A stretch of 64,000 nucleotides of DNA from positions 12,087 to 76,086 of the forward strand of contig CAZYRK010000002.1 in the NCBI GenBank assembly GCA_964650475.1, given 5' to 3'. Below are positions 41,274-51,385 of the stretch, in pieces (position 1 is the stretch's first letter; every line of letters begins with the position of its first letter). The stretch comes from an uncultured Candidatus Saccharibacteria bacterium. Lineage in GTDB: Bacteria > Patescibacteriota > Minisyncoccia > Phycocordibacterales > Phycocordibacteraceae. The position numbers were made by a program, and so were the translations under genes. The notes beneath the pieces were generated by a model. That model was not told where the DNA came from. It was given only the letters and a program-made list of their open reading frames with translations, and searched no databases.

Positions 41274-42016
41274 ACACTTACAGCACCGACAAGAGCCTTA
41301 AATGAATCTGGCTCAACAGCGGAGTGCCCTATGAGAAACCCGTCCACACCACTTCCCTCCGCAAGCACTCGAATATTGTCCGGCTCTACAGAACCTCCGT
41401 AAAGTATTTTTGTGCGCAAAGAGCCCCTACCAGGCAGAAATTCCGAAAGAGCTTTTCGAATATAAAGTATCATCTCAGTGAGATCTGCTGTTGTTATCGA
41501 TTCGGACGATGTCTTTCCTATAGCCCAAACAGGTTCATAGGCTATCAATATTTTAATACGTTCTTTTTGTGAAAGAGGTTCAAAAGCGGAGGATATTTCT
41601 TCTCGTAGAAAGGAGAGGTATCCTCCATTGTCGTCGCGCGAGCGCTCACCTACGCACAAGATAGGAGAAAGCCCCTGCGCGAGCGCGCGCTCAAGCTTTT
41701 GTGATATCTCAGAATTAGTCTCTCCTCTTGCTCTGCGCTCCGAGTGCCCGACAATAGCATACGTCGCTCCAGCCTCGCGAGCGGAGCCTGCGGTCACCTC
41801 GCCTGTTTGCGCGCCACCAGATATAGTAGAAATATCTTGCACAGCAAAAGCAAGTTTTGAATTGTTTTTTTCCGCAAGCAAACCCAAAAAGACGGTCGGC
41901 GGGGCGATGATAAAATCGTGCTCGGTGCTTCCCGCTAGCCTCTTTGCAACGGATACAAGCTTTTTTGCTTTTTCCAAAGACTCGACATACGCTTTCCAGT
42001 TCGTAGCAATAATCAT
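41270..42016 (-). CDS. tpiA: Triosephosphate isomerase
   Basis: NWK, GHSERR, AYEPVWAIG, YGGSV. Confidence 0.96.
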   Translation of the reverse strand: MIIATNWKAYVESLEKAKKLVSVAKRLAGSTEHDFIIAPPTVFLGLLAEKNNSKLAFAVQDISTISGGAQTGEVTAGSAREAGATYAIVGHSERRARGETNSEISQKLERALAQGLSPILCVGERSRDDNGGYLSFLREEISSAFEPLSQKERIKILIAYEPVWAIGKTSSESITTADLTEMILYIRKALSEFLPGRGSLRTKILYGGSVEPDNIRVLAEGSGVDGFLIGHSAVEPDSFKALVGAVSV

Positions 42017-42092
42017 TGGTCGTATTGTATCATTTTACCTGCCAAGTTTTTTGGTCTAAGATATCGTTTGAACAGATTATCCGTATTTTTGG

Positions 42093-43565
42093 TTACTCTT
42101 GTCTCCAGTCAATGAATTTGTACGTGGAGGAAGTGGTCGGAGTAAATGGCGGGGGGTTAATAAACTGAGACCTGTCAAAAGAGTTGGTACGAGTTGCGTA
42201 TCCAGAGAAAAACGTATTTCCGCATGCTGGAGTTCCGCTCCACTGTGTACCTGTTCTCTTTTGTGAAACAACTGTTCCGTACATAGAAAGAGAATTTTTT
42301 TGACTGTATTCCAAATATCCTTGCACAAAAGTCCGCGTCTCCCAATCCCAAAAAGAAGTGCAAGCATATCCGTTACGTCCGAAAGCACCGTTTTGAGCTA
42401 CGAAGATACCATACAAAGTCATATCCTCCGGTGAATCTGCGCCGATAAGAACATCGTTTTGCGCCATAAGAGTAAGCCCTGCGCTCGGTGAATTGTAGGT
42501 GATACTATTTTTAAGAACAGCGTCGGTCTCTATTCCTGCAGTATCAATATTTGCAGAAACAAGAGTGACCTTTCGACTAAGCACCCCCTCGACCCATATA
42601 TTGTCTTCTACAAAAATAAGTGCGCAATCTGCTGGGATTGTGTATGTACCCATCAAAGTATCGGACGCAATTACGGTATGGTCGTTCCACCCAAAATCGC
42701 TTGTAGCATCGACTGGAAGTGCATCAAGAGTATATGTTCTCGTTACTTTATATACAGTTATAGTTCCGTTGCCGTTAAAATCAAGCAAGTACCCACGGTG
42801 ACTCGCTCTACTGCTACCAGTGCTATATCGTGGAAAATAAAGACCTTGTGTCTGTGCGATAGACCTAAGTGAGGAGAAGTTAGCGGAGATAGCATTAAAA
42901 TCTATCTGCGGAGTAGGGTATTTCCACAAATTCTGATTATCTCCGGAACCAAACACACCATTTACCCATTGGTCCGGAACACAGCCAAAATTACGTGTAC
43001 AATCCCAGCTTGAAACAGAGCTTGTAACAGGGGCGTTCGCTGTTCCGTCCATACGTATGCCTCCGTTTGAGTGATATGGTCCGTTAATTATTCTGTCCGG
43101 ACCTGCCCAAACGCTTCCGTTAATAACATACGAATACTGCGCGACTGTGGGTTGCGCATAATGGGCGACAATCGTACGAGATATGTTTGGATAAGCTTCA
43201 GGAACTCCGGTCGACTTTATATCAATAGAAGTAGTCTTTCCGCATGATTGGGTTCCGGAAATATCGAGAGTGTACGTTCCTATAACACCGCCTTCTGGAT
43301 CGTTATAATCGATAGTGTACGGGCCCGGCAAACCTGTACCATTTTGCAGATCGTTGGGAAAATGCGCGAGATGCCACCGGTAATATTCGACGCCAGCTTC
43401 GGCAATAGATAGGGCGTTGCTTTTTGCACGGTTTGCTATCTCGAAATTGTTTTCTGAAAGAACGTAACCAGAGAGACCAGAGAAGACCGTAAAAAAGATT
43501 GCTCCAAAAACGAGCGCGAGCAACATAATGGAACCGGATTTATGATTATAGGGCGTACGTTGCAT
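42093..43565 (-). CDS. PilX-like minor pilin / pilus assembly protein
   Basis: GSIMLLALVF N-terminus, A.SIAEAGVE motif; in the pilin cluster. Confidence 0.7.
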   Translation of the reverse strand: MQRTPYNHKSGSIMLLALVFGAIFFTVFSGLSGYVLSENNFEIANRAKSNALSIAEAGVEYYRWHLAHFPNDLQNGTGLPGPYTIDYNDPEGGVIGTYTLDISGTQSCGKTTSIDIKSTGVPEAYPNISRTIVAHYAQPTVAQYSYVINGSVWAGPDRIINGPYHSNGGIRMDGTANAPVTSSVSSWDCTRNFGCVPDQWVNGVFGSGDNQNLWKYPTPQIDFNAISANFSSLRSIAQTQGLYFPRYSTGSSRASHRGYLLDFNGNGTITVYKVTRTYTLDALPVDATSDFGWNDHTVIASDTLMGTYTIPADCALIFVEDNIWVEGVLSRKVTLVSANIDTAGIETDAVLKNSITYNSPSAGLTLMAQNDVLIGADSPEDMTLYGIFVAQNGAFGRNGYACTSFWDWETRTFVQGYLEYSQKNSLSMYGTVVSQKRTGTQWSGTPACGNTFFSGYATRTNSFDRSQFINPPPFTPTTSSTYKFIDWRQE

Positions 43566-43582
43566 AAAAATATAATACCGCA

Positions 43583-44167
43583 TTATTGTGCGCTAATGTT
43601 GCGTAATTTTGCACCCGCGGAAAGAGTAAAGTCTTCCGGGGCGCGTGCGGGGTTTAAGTTTACGGTTATTGTCGTGTTTATGGACGTAATATCCGTAATG
43701 TTAACAGGTGAATAAAGTTCCGTTCCCGCAGAATCGTAATAACGGAAAATCGGTGTGCTTGTATCTGTGCGTACATACGTTGCAACAGTATCCGTAATAT
43801 CCGGCGTGTCCGAGTACACCGGAGGAACACCGGTCGGGATAGTTATACTTCGATAAAGAGTAGTGCCACTTAAATAATATTGAACTCTATCTACCACATC
43901 GTCGCCTTTCAAATCGACATAAAAAGTAACACTCGAATCTGTAGCGCTAACGATAGGGTACGCCCCGTCTTCTCCGTATGAGGCTTCGCGCAAATCACGC
44001 ATCGAGTTAATAATCCCGATGTGAGCACTTTCTACAGCTTTTGTTTGCTCAAAAACATACGCGTTTGTTCTGTAGAAATACTGTATAACAAACATCATCG
44101 CACTAAAGACAATGGCAAACATTGTCACTGTTACGATTGTTTCAATGAGAGTAAAACCGCGCGTCAT
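43583..44167 (-). CDS. Type IV prepilin-like protein
   Basis: MTRGFTLIE class III signal peptide. Confidence 0.85.
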   Translation of the reverse strand: MTRGFTLIETIVTVTMFAIVFSAMMFVIQYFYRTNAYVFEQTKAVESAHIGIINSMRDLREASYGEDGAYPIVSATDSSVTFYVDLKGDDVVDRVQYYLSGTTLYRSITIPTGVPPVYSDTPDITDTVATYVRTDTSTPIFRYYDSAGTELYSPVNITDITSINTTITVNLNPARAPEDFTLSAGAKLRNISAQ

Positions 44168-44179
44168 GTCTTTATGATA

Positions 44180-44210
44180 GCACTGGGCTCGGCTACGCCG
44201 AGCCCAGTGC
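44180..44210. repeat. Perfect 14-bp hairpin (c-GTA-g on minus strand) abutting the -10 box of the prepilin gene
   Basis: gcactgggctcggc-tac-gccgagcccagtgc; minus-strand TATCAT at 44174-44179. Confidence 0.8.
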
Positions 44211-44222
44211 ACACATTTAAGG

Positions 44223-45932
44223 TTAAGGGAAAGATGCAACATAGAAAACTTGTCCATCTACTTCGACATTTGAAAACGTTGTTGTTGTATAACCTGTCTT
44301 GGATATATCAACTGAATAATCAGTACTTGTGGCCAGATTTCCAAAGTACGCGGTTCCACATAAAGAAGTATCAACTGTTTTTGAGTATCCTTTTGCCGTT
44401 TCCGAGAGGCTTACACTTGCGTCTTGTACCGGGAAATTACTCGCGTCTGTCACTGTTACAAGCAATTGGTTTGTTGTTTTATCTCCTAGTATAAACGAGT
44501 TCGTACGGAAATCTCCCGGTCCCATAAAATACGGCGGGGTGGCGCAAGCGTCCAGTACATCATACCCACCAAATACAATAGAGTATTTATCTCCTTCGAG
44601 AGACATTTCTCGAACACCAAGAGCATCTGTTGTGGTTGATATTACAGTTTTATAAATAGGAGCTCCAGCACCCGTTGTACCTATCTCTTTAGTGCCCGTT
44701 AGTGTGAAGCCAGCATCTGCCAAAGGAGTCGGCGCGGTTTTGTAGCTGACCGTCCAATCAAAAAGCTTTGGCACTATCGAGGAGTTGCTTGTGGTTGCAA
44801 TAACACCAAGCACCAGTGTCGAGTATGTGCTGGTTGCAACATTTGAAAGGCTTACTGGGAAGCTACTAAACCCCTCGCTATTTCCAGAAAGCACTGTGTC
44901 TGGCAAAAGCGCTCCAGAAGAATCATATACACGAACACGCATGCCAGAACCTGATGATATTCCGGTATCCGCAGAAAGGCTTGTCCACGAATACAAATTG
45001 CTCGGGGCTATATTTGTAGATGTCGCATACCCCAAAAGTGCTCCGTCGACAAGCTCGAGATCTCCCAAAACAGCATCCATACTTGAAGTTGCGGAAAGTA
45101 GAGATTCATCTGCAAAAGTATCGCTGAACTCCGCTGAAGCTGGCGGAGAGTAAGTAAGTAGAGTTAGTGATGAGAGCAAGTCAATCGGAAAAGTGTACGC
45201 TGTCGTTTCATCTTTCACGACGGTTAGATACCCCGGATTTGGATTTTGGTTAAAAGAATCGCGAACATAAGTTTGAGCGGAAGAATAATCATCTTTCGAT
45301 ACATAAACCTGATACTCGGTAGAAGTCGGAGCGCCACCGAGCAAAACCTCTCCAGAAGTATCTGAAAATGTAGAGAGGTCGATTGCCGGAGCTGTACTAG
45401 CGTTTACAATACGAACCGTTGCCCCTGCAATCGGTGTGCCTGAGAAATTTACAACGTGTATTAAAAGAGTACCTCCACCATTTGTCGTTTCTATCCCTAC
45501 CGGTGAAAAGTTTGAAAGCAGAGTAACTTCTCTTGTAGCCCCCGCCGAAACATATGACACAACTATTTTGGCAAGTTTATAATCGGTCGTGATGCCGTTT
45601 GTGTCGTCTGCACCAAGCCCGTCTGCTGGATCGTCAATATACTGAATGTATGTCCGAACAGTATATGTAACGCCGTCGAGCACTATCGTTTTGTTTTGCG
45701 GTATGTTACCTGCCGGAATACCGCCGATAGTGCCAAGAGCGTCGTACGACAAGCCGCGCAAATATTCCATCTGAGATCCTGCAAGCGATGAAGCCCCCGC
45801 GCGCGCCTTTGCAAGACTCGACACGAGTATCGATGCTCGCAAGATTCCCAAAAGCGATACGAATATTATAAGAACCAGCGCCGAGCCGACGATAACATCG
45901 ATAAGTGTCATACCCCGTGCGCGAATATACAT
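44223..45932 (-). CDS. Prepilin-type protein with carboxypeptidase-regulatory-like Ig domains
   Basis: RGMTLIDVIVG N-terminus; start reset to 45932 because the upstream ORF extension is repeat DNA. Confidence 0.8.
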   Translation of the reverse strand: MYIRARGMTLIDVIVGSALVLIIFVSLLGILRASILVSSLAKARAGASSLAGSQMEYLRGLSYDALGTIGGIPAGNIPQNKTIVLDGVTYTVRTYIQYIDDPADGLGADDTNGITTDYKLAKIVVSYVSAGATREVTLLSNFSPVGIETTNGGGTLLIHVVNFSGTPIAGATVRIVNASTAPAIDLSTFSDTSGEVLLGGAPTSTEYQVYVSKDDYSSAQTYVRDSFNQNPNPGYLTVVKDETTAYTFPIDLLSSLTLLTYSPPASAEFSDTFADESLLSATSSMDAVLGDLELVDGALLGYATSTNIAPSNLYSWTSLSADTGISSGSGMRVRVYDSSGALLPDTVLSGNSEGFSSFPVSLSNVATSTYSTLVLGVIATTSNSSIVPKLFDWTVSYKTAPTPLADAGFTLTGTKEIGTTGAGAPIYKTVISTTTDALGVREMSLEGDKYSIVFGGYDVLDACATPPYFMGPGDFRTNSFILGDKTTNQLLVTVTDASNFPVQDASVSLSETAKGYSKTVDTSLCGTAYFGNLATSTDYSVDISKTGYTTTTFSNVEVDGQVFYVASFP

Positions 45933-45996
45933 ATTATTTACATAATACAACACGTTCACCAAACGTACACAAAAACTTTTGCGTATCCTTCTTTGT

Positions 45997-46524
45997 TTGG
46001 GAAGGTTAGACCTTCCCAACTTCCCAAGAACCATCTTTGGCACTTTTTGGGAAGGTCTAACCTTCCCAACTTTCCACAAATAAAAACCTAAGCGGTATGC
46101 CGACACTCGTTTTGCGGACACTAAGTGTCCGCAAGTGGGCTAGAAATCGTAATCGGAGAGTATGTCGAGTTTGTGTTCCATGCGCTCGCGAGCGAACTCT
46201 TTAAAAGACCCGGGCTCATTGAAGATTTCTCCGAGGAGCTCAGTGTCTAAAATCGGTGATACATTTTTCGAATTCTCGACAGGAGCACTCGTTTTGCGGA
46301 CACTAAGTGTCCGCAAGTGGGAAAGAAAGTGTTTGCGTAGCATGTTTTGCGGACACTTAGTGTCCGCAAAACAAGTGTTTGCGTTTCGTCCGTGCCATAT
46401 TGTTTTGTAATGTAGCGTGTGGTTTTTCATCAGGAGAGACCAGCTAACATTTTGGGAAGGTCTAACCTTCCCAACTTCCCGAGAACCATCTTTGGCACTT
46501 TTTGGGAAGGTTAGACCTTCCCAA
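45997..46524. repeat. REP/BIME-like mosaic cluster 1
   Basis: Four ttGGGAAGG(TTAGA/TCTAA)CCTTCCCaa units (45997, 46047, 46452, 46502) and three ttGCGGACAC(TAA/TTA)GTGTCCGCaa units (46112, 46294, 46347). Confidence 0.9.
46140..46285 (-). pseudogene. Orphan gene 3' fragment between 36-bp direct repeats, possibly a REP-associated tyrosine transposase C-terminus
   Basis: ..PILDTELLGEIFNEPGSFKEFARERMEHKLDILSDYDF*; identity inferred from context only. Confidence 0.35.
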
Positions 46525-46566
46525 CTTGAGTGGGTGTAATTCATGTGAAAATTGCGGTAAACAAAA

Positions 46567-46614
46567 AGCCCTGCGACATTAAAACTTTTTAAAAAGTTTT
46601 AATGTCGCAGGGCT
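46567..46614. repeat. 48-bp loopless perfect palindrome
   Basis: agccctgcgacattaaaacttttt|aaaaagttttaatgtcgcagggct. Confidence 0.9.
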
Positions 46615-46638
46615 AAACTCAAACAATTGAAACTACCT

Positions 46639-47058
46639 CTAATTTGGTATCGCACTTGTCTTCGCGACAATCAGAACGCTCTTTTTACGAGTTGCCGAAC
46701 AAAAACCGTTCGTTCCCCACTCATTAACACGGAGATACGCCGCGCAAAAATCAAGCAGTGTCAATTTCTTATCAATCTCAACCAAAACAACTTTTGGCGT
46801 GTATATCGGAAATCCGCACTTCTGAGCAAGTGCTGACAAGCTACCAATCTTCGCAAGAGGAATAGCAATGTTTGAGTCGAAAGCTTTCTGTTCAAGCACT
46901 TCTTTCGGAGTAAACCTCGATACCAAAAGCATTCTCGCAAAACACTCGTGAAGCGTTGCTTCTCTTGAGGGCACGAGCATCGTCAACAAAACCTCATCTG
47001 ACAACTCTACTGTTTTAACAGTACTAAAAACCAATGTATCTCTTTTACACTCACACAT
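46639..47058 (-). CDS. Hypothetical protein
   Basis: ORF with AAGGAGGT Shine-Dalgarno. Confidence 0.55.
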   Translation of the reverse strand: MCECKRDTLVFSTVKTVELSDEVLLTMLVPSREATLHECFARMLLVSRFTPKEVLEQKAFDSNIAIPLAKIGSLSALAQKCGFPIYTPKVVLVEIDKKLTLLDFCAAYLRVNEWGTNGFCSATRKKSVLIVAKTSAIPN

Positions 47059-47192
47059 TACACTACCTCCTTACCTTTAAGGTTACTTTTTGTTCTCCTC
47101 AATCAGCAGGAGAACTATACCAAATTACAAACTTCTACTATTAAAAATACCATGCTACTTTCAATAAAACCACCGAGTATCCTCTCGAGAAA

Positions 47193-48404
47193 CTACATTG
47201 CTGAGGATAGCGAATAGATAGGTGAAATAATAGCCACGGCAAAGATACCGACACCCGTACCGATAAGAAGCATTAGCACCGGCTCTATTATTGTGGAAAG
47301 GTCTTTTGTCCTTCTCTCAACATCTTCTTCATAATAATCTGCGACTTGTTTTAGCATTCCTGCGACCTGCCCTGTCTCTTCGCCGACCTCAATCATGTCG
47401 GAAAACATAGTCGGGTACCTTTTCTCGTGCTCAAGAAACGCAGAGGAAAGAGTGTCGCCTTTGCGCACACGGTCTTCGGCTTCTTTTATTATTGAAGCAA
47501 ATTCTTTTGCACTGACGACTTCACGAGTTATCGCAAGAGCGTCGAGCATATCGACACCGGAAGAAAGTAGCGAGGAAAGAGTTCGTGATGTACGCGCCGC
47601 GTATGTCTCTTTTACCAAGTCACCAATAACCGGAATAACTAGCGCTACTCGAAACAAGAAATTACCTCCAAACTCAGATTTTGCAAAAGCCATAACAGCG
47701 GAAACAAATGCTCCGACACCAAAAAGGAAAAGTATCGTGTGGTTGATGAGGAAGTTTGATATCGCTACAATAACGCGCGTAGCAAGAGGAAGTTTCACTC
47801 CGAGCTGTGAAAAGGTTGCCGTAAGTGTCGGCACCACGAACATAAGCATAAGTACAAAAATAATCGCCATGGCGATGATGATTATGCTTGGATAAATCAT
47901 CGCTCCGCGTACTTTTTTCGTGAGGTTTCGTGCGCGTTCCATTTGCTTGCCGACAATAGCGAGCGACTCTGCCAAAGTACCGCCCTCTTCACCTGCATGT
48001 GCCATTGCCACGAAAAGTTTTGGGAATAGCTTAGGGTGTTCCGCTAAAGATTCGTGAAAAGCTGAACCTTTTTTGATAGATTCACTGACAGAAACAAGCA
48101 CCGCTTTCAAGTGCCTATTGCGAGTTTGTCTTTCTACAACAGCAACCGAACGCGAAAGAGTGAGCCCTGCGTGAAGCATAGAGCCCAGGTTTCTTGTCAT
48201 AAGAACAATATCGTCTGCGGACACGCCCGTGCCAAAAGTAATGTTAAGCCATGAAGGCATGGAAAGTCCGGCACCTTCTTTAAGCGAAGTAACCTGAGAA
48301 CCTTCTTTTTCAATTTGTTCGTAAACAGCAAAACGAGAAGTCGCTTCAACGACGCGTTTCTCTTCGTTTCCGCTTTTGTTTTTGATTGTAATGCTGTATT
48401 TCAT
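47193..48404 (-). CDS. pilC: Type IV pilus platform protein PilC (GspF family)
   Basis: AGEEGG.L, AMIYP, VGEETG, IIEPVLM. Confidence 0.93.
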   Translation of the reverse strand: MKYSITIKNKSGNEEKRVVEATSRFAVYEQIEKEGSQVTSLKEGAGLSMPSWLNITFGTGVSADDIVLMTRNLGSMLHAGLTLSRSVAVVERQTRNRHLKAVLVSVSESIKKGSAFHESLAEHPKLFPKLFVAMAHAGEEGGTLAESLAIVGKQMERARNLTKKVRGAMIYPSIIIIAMAIIFVLMLMFVVPTLTATFSQLGVKLPLATRVIVAISNFLINHTILFLFGVGAFVSAVMAFAKSEFGGNFLFRVALVIPVIGDLVKETYAARTSRTLSSLLSSGVDMLDALAITREVVSAKEFASIIKEAEDRVRKGDTLSSAFLEHEKRYPTMFSDMIEVGEETGQVAGMLKQVADYYEEDVERRTKDLSTIIEPVLMLLIGTGVGIFAVAIISPIYSLSSAM

Positions 48405-48433
48405 ATTCGGGGGGTTATGGCTTAGCTAAATCA

Positions 48434-50185
48434 TTAATCAGATATTGCCCGTAAGACTTCCTCAAGCGAAGTAATACCGCGTGCTGCTTTATAAAGACCA
48501 TCCTCAAGCATTGTGAGCATGCCTTCTTTGCGAGCCTGCTCCTCGATAACGTCGATAGTGCCTTCATGCAAAATCTTTTCACGTATGGCGGGCGATACTG
48601 AAAGAATCTCGTGAATACCTATACGACTATGGTACCCGTCTTCGCACTCTGTTGACGGTTTTGGTCGATAAAAAGGAACTTCATCAAGAGAGGTGCCGGG
48701 TTTAATCATCTTTTCATTCAGAAGAGACTGCAATGCAACGTCAAAATGCTCCGGCGCCGTAACTTTGGCGCGTTCTTCTTCCGTAAGGGTGTACTGTTCT
48801 TTTTCCGTACATAGTTGTCGAACAAGTCTTTGCCCGACAATAACCCGCAGAGTTGAAACAAGCAAAAACGGCTCAATACCCATGTCGATTAAACGAGGTA
48901 CTGCCCCTGCAGCGCTGTTTGTGTGGATTGTGGAAAGAACAAGGTGCCCGGTAAGTGCGGCGTTTATAGCGAGACTCGCCGTCTCGCCGTCTCGAATCTC
49001 ACCAACCATAATAATATTCGGATCTTGGCGCATAAGCGAGCGCAACCCGGTTGCAAAAGTAAACCCGATGGAAGGATTAACCTGTGTTTGGTTTACGCGC
49101 TTCATCTGGTACTCGATAGGATCCTCGATGGTTGAAATATTTACATCCGGAGTGTTTAAAAGGTCGAGAACCGTATAAAGAGTTGTTGTTTTACCACTTC
49201 CGGTTGGTCCTGAGATAAGGATAATGCCGGTCGTTTGTCGTGTAGCACGATGAATATGCTCCATTGTTTCGCCATGGAAACCCAAAGTTTCCAAAGTAAG
49301 AAAGCCCCCTGTTTCGCGAAGTAGACGCATTACGACCTTTTCACCATAGAAAACAGGTAGGAGCGAGACACGAAACGACACTTTTTCTGTCTCTGTTTCC
49401 ATTTTGAAACGCCCGTCTTGCGGGAGACGTTTCTCGTCTAGTTTTAGGTTTGAAAGAACTTTAATACGCGCAACAATCCCCGGACCGGCCTGCTTTGGGA
49501 GAGTCATTGCGTCGTGCAATATTCCGTCGATGCGGTATCGCACGAGCACTTCGTCTTCCATCGGCTCGATGTGAATATCGGAAGCTTCCTGCACAATAGC
49601 GTGACGAAGCAAAGAATCCACGATTCGCACAATCGGCAAATCCTCCGCCATCTTTTTCAAATCCTCACCGGACGCGTTTCCTTTTTCATCACCCTGAACA
49701 ACCTTGATACGCCCTGCTTCTTTGGCGATGATATCTCCAAACTCTTCTTTTAGGGATTTTTGGTATTGCAAAAGAGCGTGTTTGAGCGAATCCTCATCTG
49801 TTAGGCGCGGGAGAATTCTTAGCCCTGTTTTTTTACGCACAGAGTCTATAGCTGCGAGGTCTTGCGTATCGAGCATTGCCACTTCGAGCCCTTTCTCGGT
49901 TTTCTTGTACGCAATAATCGAGTTCGTTCGCGCAATCGGTTCCGGAATAAGCGCCAAAACATCTTCTGAGATTTTCAAATCTTTCAAGCTTACGAAAGGT
50001 ATCCCGAGAACATACGCTTTAATGCGCCGAAGCGCATCCGAGGTTAAAAGCCCCCGGCTTACCAACACGTCGCCTACGGATTGTTTGCTTTTCTTTGATT
50101 CTTCAACTGCGGAATCTATATCTTTACGAGCAACCAAGCCCGAATCGATTATGAATTTCTTTAGATCGCTTTCTATAATCTGCAT
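48434..50185 (-). CDS. pilB: Type IV pilus assembly ATPase PilB (GspE family)
   Basis: ASDIHIEP, RLPQDGR, GPTGSGKTT, EDPIE, MVGEIRD, TGHLVLSTIH. Confidence 0.95.
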   Translation of the reverse strand: MQIIESDLKKFIIDSGLVARKDIDSAVEESKKSKQSVGDVLVSRGLLTSDALRRIKAYVLGIPFVSLKDLKISEDVLALIPEPIARTNSIIAYKKTEKGLEVAMLDTQDLAAIDSVRKKTGLRILPRLTDEDSLKHALLQYQKSLKEEFGDIIAKEAGRIKVVQGDEKGNASGEDLKKMAEDLPIVRIVDSLLRHAIVQEASDIHIEPMEDEVLVRYRIDGILHDAMTLPKQAGPGIVARIKVLSNLKLDEKRLPQDGRFKMETETEKVSFRVSLLPVFYGEKVVMRLLRETGGFLTLETLGFHGETMEHIHRATRQTTGIILISGPTGSGKTTTLYTVLDLLNTPDVNISTIEDPIEYQMKRVNQTQVNPSIGFTFATGLRSLMRQDPNIIMVGEIRDGETASLAINAALTGHLVLSTIHTNSAAGAVPRLIDMGIEPFLLVSTLRVIVGQRLVRQLCTEKEQYTLTEEERAKVTAPEHFDVALQSLLNEKMIKPGTSLDEVPFYRPKPSTECEDGYHSRIGIHEILSVSPAIREKILHEGTIDVIEEQARKEGMLTMLEDGLYKAARGITSLEEVLRAISD

Positions 50186-50196
50186 ATGTATGTAAA

Positions 50197-50233
50197 GTAT
50201 AACGCGCCAAAGCTTCGCTTTGGCGCGTTATAC
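50197..50233. repeat. Perfect 17-bp hairpin (c-GAA-g on minus strand) overlapping the pilB -10 box
   Basis: gtataacgcgccaaagc-ttc-gctttggcgcgttatac; minus-strand TATACT at 50196-50201. Confidence 0.8.
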
Positions 50234-50306
50234 CCGTATCGCACGTGGAAAACCCACGTTCGTATAAAAAAACGAAGGCTTTACCTTCGTTTTTTTATTT
50301 TTGGTT

Positions 50307-50921
50307 CTATTTTGTTTTATATACTTTATCTACGATACCGTATTTCTTCGCTTCGTCTGCTGTCATAAAGAAGTCGCGGTCAACATCTTTTTCTATCTGC
50401 GATACAGGCTTGCCGGTGTTTTTCGCCATAAGTTTATTAAGACGATCGCGAGTGGCGAGAATATGCTTTGCAGTAATTTCAATATCTGATGCCTGACCTT
50501 CAGCTCCGCCAAGAGGCTGGTGAATCATAATCTCTGCATTTGGAAGAGCAAAACGCTTGCCTTTTTTTCCTGAGGAAAGTAGCCATGCTCCACCGGAGGC
50601 GGCAAGACCCACGACAACAGTAGCCACATCAGGAGCCACATGATTCATAGTATCTATCATTGCCATCGTTGCGGAAACAGACCCTCCCGGAGAATTAACA
50701 TACAGGTAAATGTCTTTCTTGGGATCTTCCGCTTCCAAGAAAAGAAGCTGTGCGATTATGAGGTTTGCCGTCTCGCTTTCTATCACTCCGCCAAGGAAAA
50801 TAACTCTTTCTTTTAGAAGTCGCGAGTAAATATCGTAAGCCCGCTCACCAAACTGGGATTTTTCTACGACCATCGGAACCATAAAAGATGCCCGCGGTTG
50901 TCTTGTGTTGAAGTCTTGCAT
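50307..50921 (-). CDS. clpP: ATP-dependent Clp protease proteolytic subunit
   Basis: DIYSRLL, NSPGG, GLAAS, MIHQP, DRDFFM. Confidence 0.97.
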   Translation of the reverse strand: MQDFNTRQPRASFMVPMVVEKSQFGERAYDIYSRLLKERVIFLGGVIESETANLIIAQLLFLEAEDPKKDIYLYVNSPGGSVSATMAMIDTMNHVAPDVATVVVGLAASGGAWLLSSGKKGKRFALPNAEIMIHQPLGGAEGQASDIEITAKHILATRDRLNKLMAKNTGKPVSQIEKDVDRDFFMTADEAKKYGIVDKVYKTK

Positions 50922-50985
50922 ATGCTTTGCATACTATCTATCTTTTGTGTTGCTTGCAAGTTTTTTTATTTTTGCGCGCACTGTC

Positions 50986-51045
50986 AAAACAAAGCGCACC
51001 GCGGGAAAGTTTCTAAAGAAACTTTCCCGCGGTGCGCTTTGTTTT
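50986..51045. repeat. Perfect 29-bp hairpin
   Basis: aaaacaaagcgcaccgcgggaaagtttct-aa-agaaactttcccgcggtgcgctttgtttt. Confidence 0.9.
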
Positions 51046-51060
51046 ACGAAAACAGACTTA

Positions 51061-51294
51061 TTATTTTGTAGTCGAAGAGGCTTCCAAGCTTCCAACTACA
51101 GATGCTGTCTGAGGATTTTGGTTGTATTTCTTTACACGCTTATTCCATGCGTAAATAGCCCCGACCACTATCATGGAGATGATAAGCATTATTGCGAGAA
51201 AGGCTCCCCACGATTGCTGTCGAGCAGTCGATACCGGTGGCATAGACATATTTGTTTTTTCATCTGTTGTTTCAGTATCTTTTTCTATTTCCAT
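51061..51294 (-). CDS. Small single-TM hypothetical protein
   Basis: WGAFLAIMLIISMIVVGAIYAW; TATACT just upstream of ATG at 51294. Confidence 0.6.
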   Translation of the reverse strand: MEIEKDTETTDEKTNMSMPPVSTARQQSWGAFLAIMLIISMIVVGAIYAWNKRVKKYNQNPQTASVVGSLEASSTTK

Positions 51295-51385
51295 ATTATT
51301 TTTAGTATAGCAAAACATGACCGATACATGCAAAAACCGCGCGCCTACGGCGCGCGGTTTTATAAAACTCACCTTACAATAAGGT

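Noticed and set aside
45997-46524. CRISPR array
   Set aside because: Two different repeat types in mixed orientation, irregular spacing, repeated rather than unique linkers, and no cas genes in the window.
45933-46544. N-terminal extension of ORF 44223-46121 and full-length ORF 46140-46544
   Set aside because: These read through palindromic repeat DNA; the prepilin motif places the real start at 45932.
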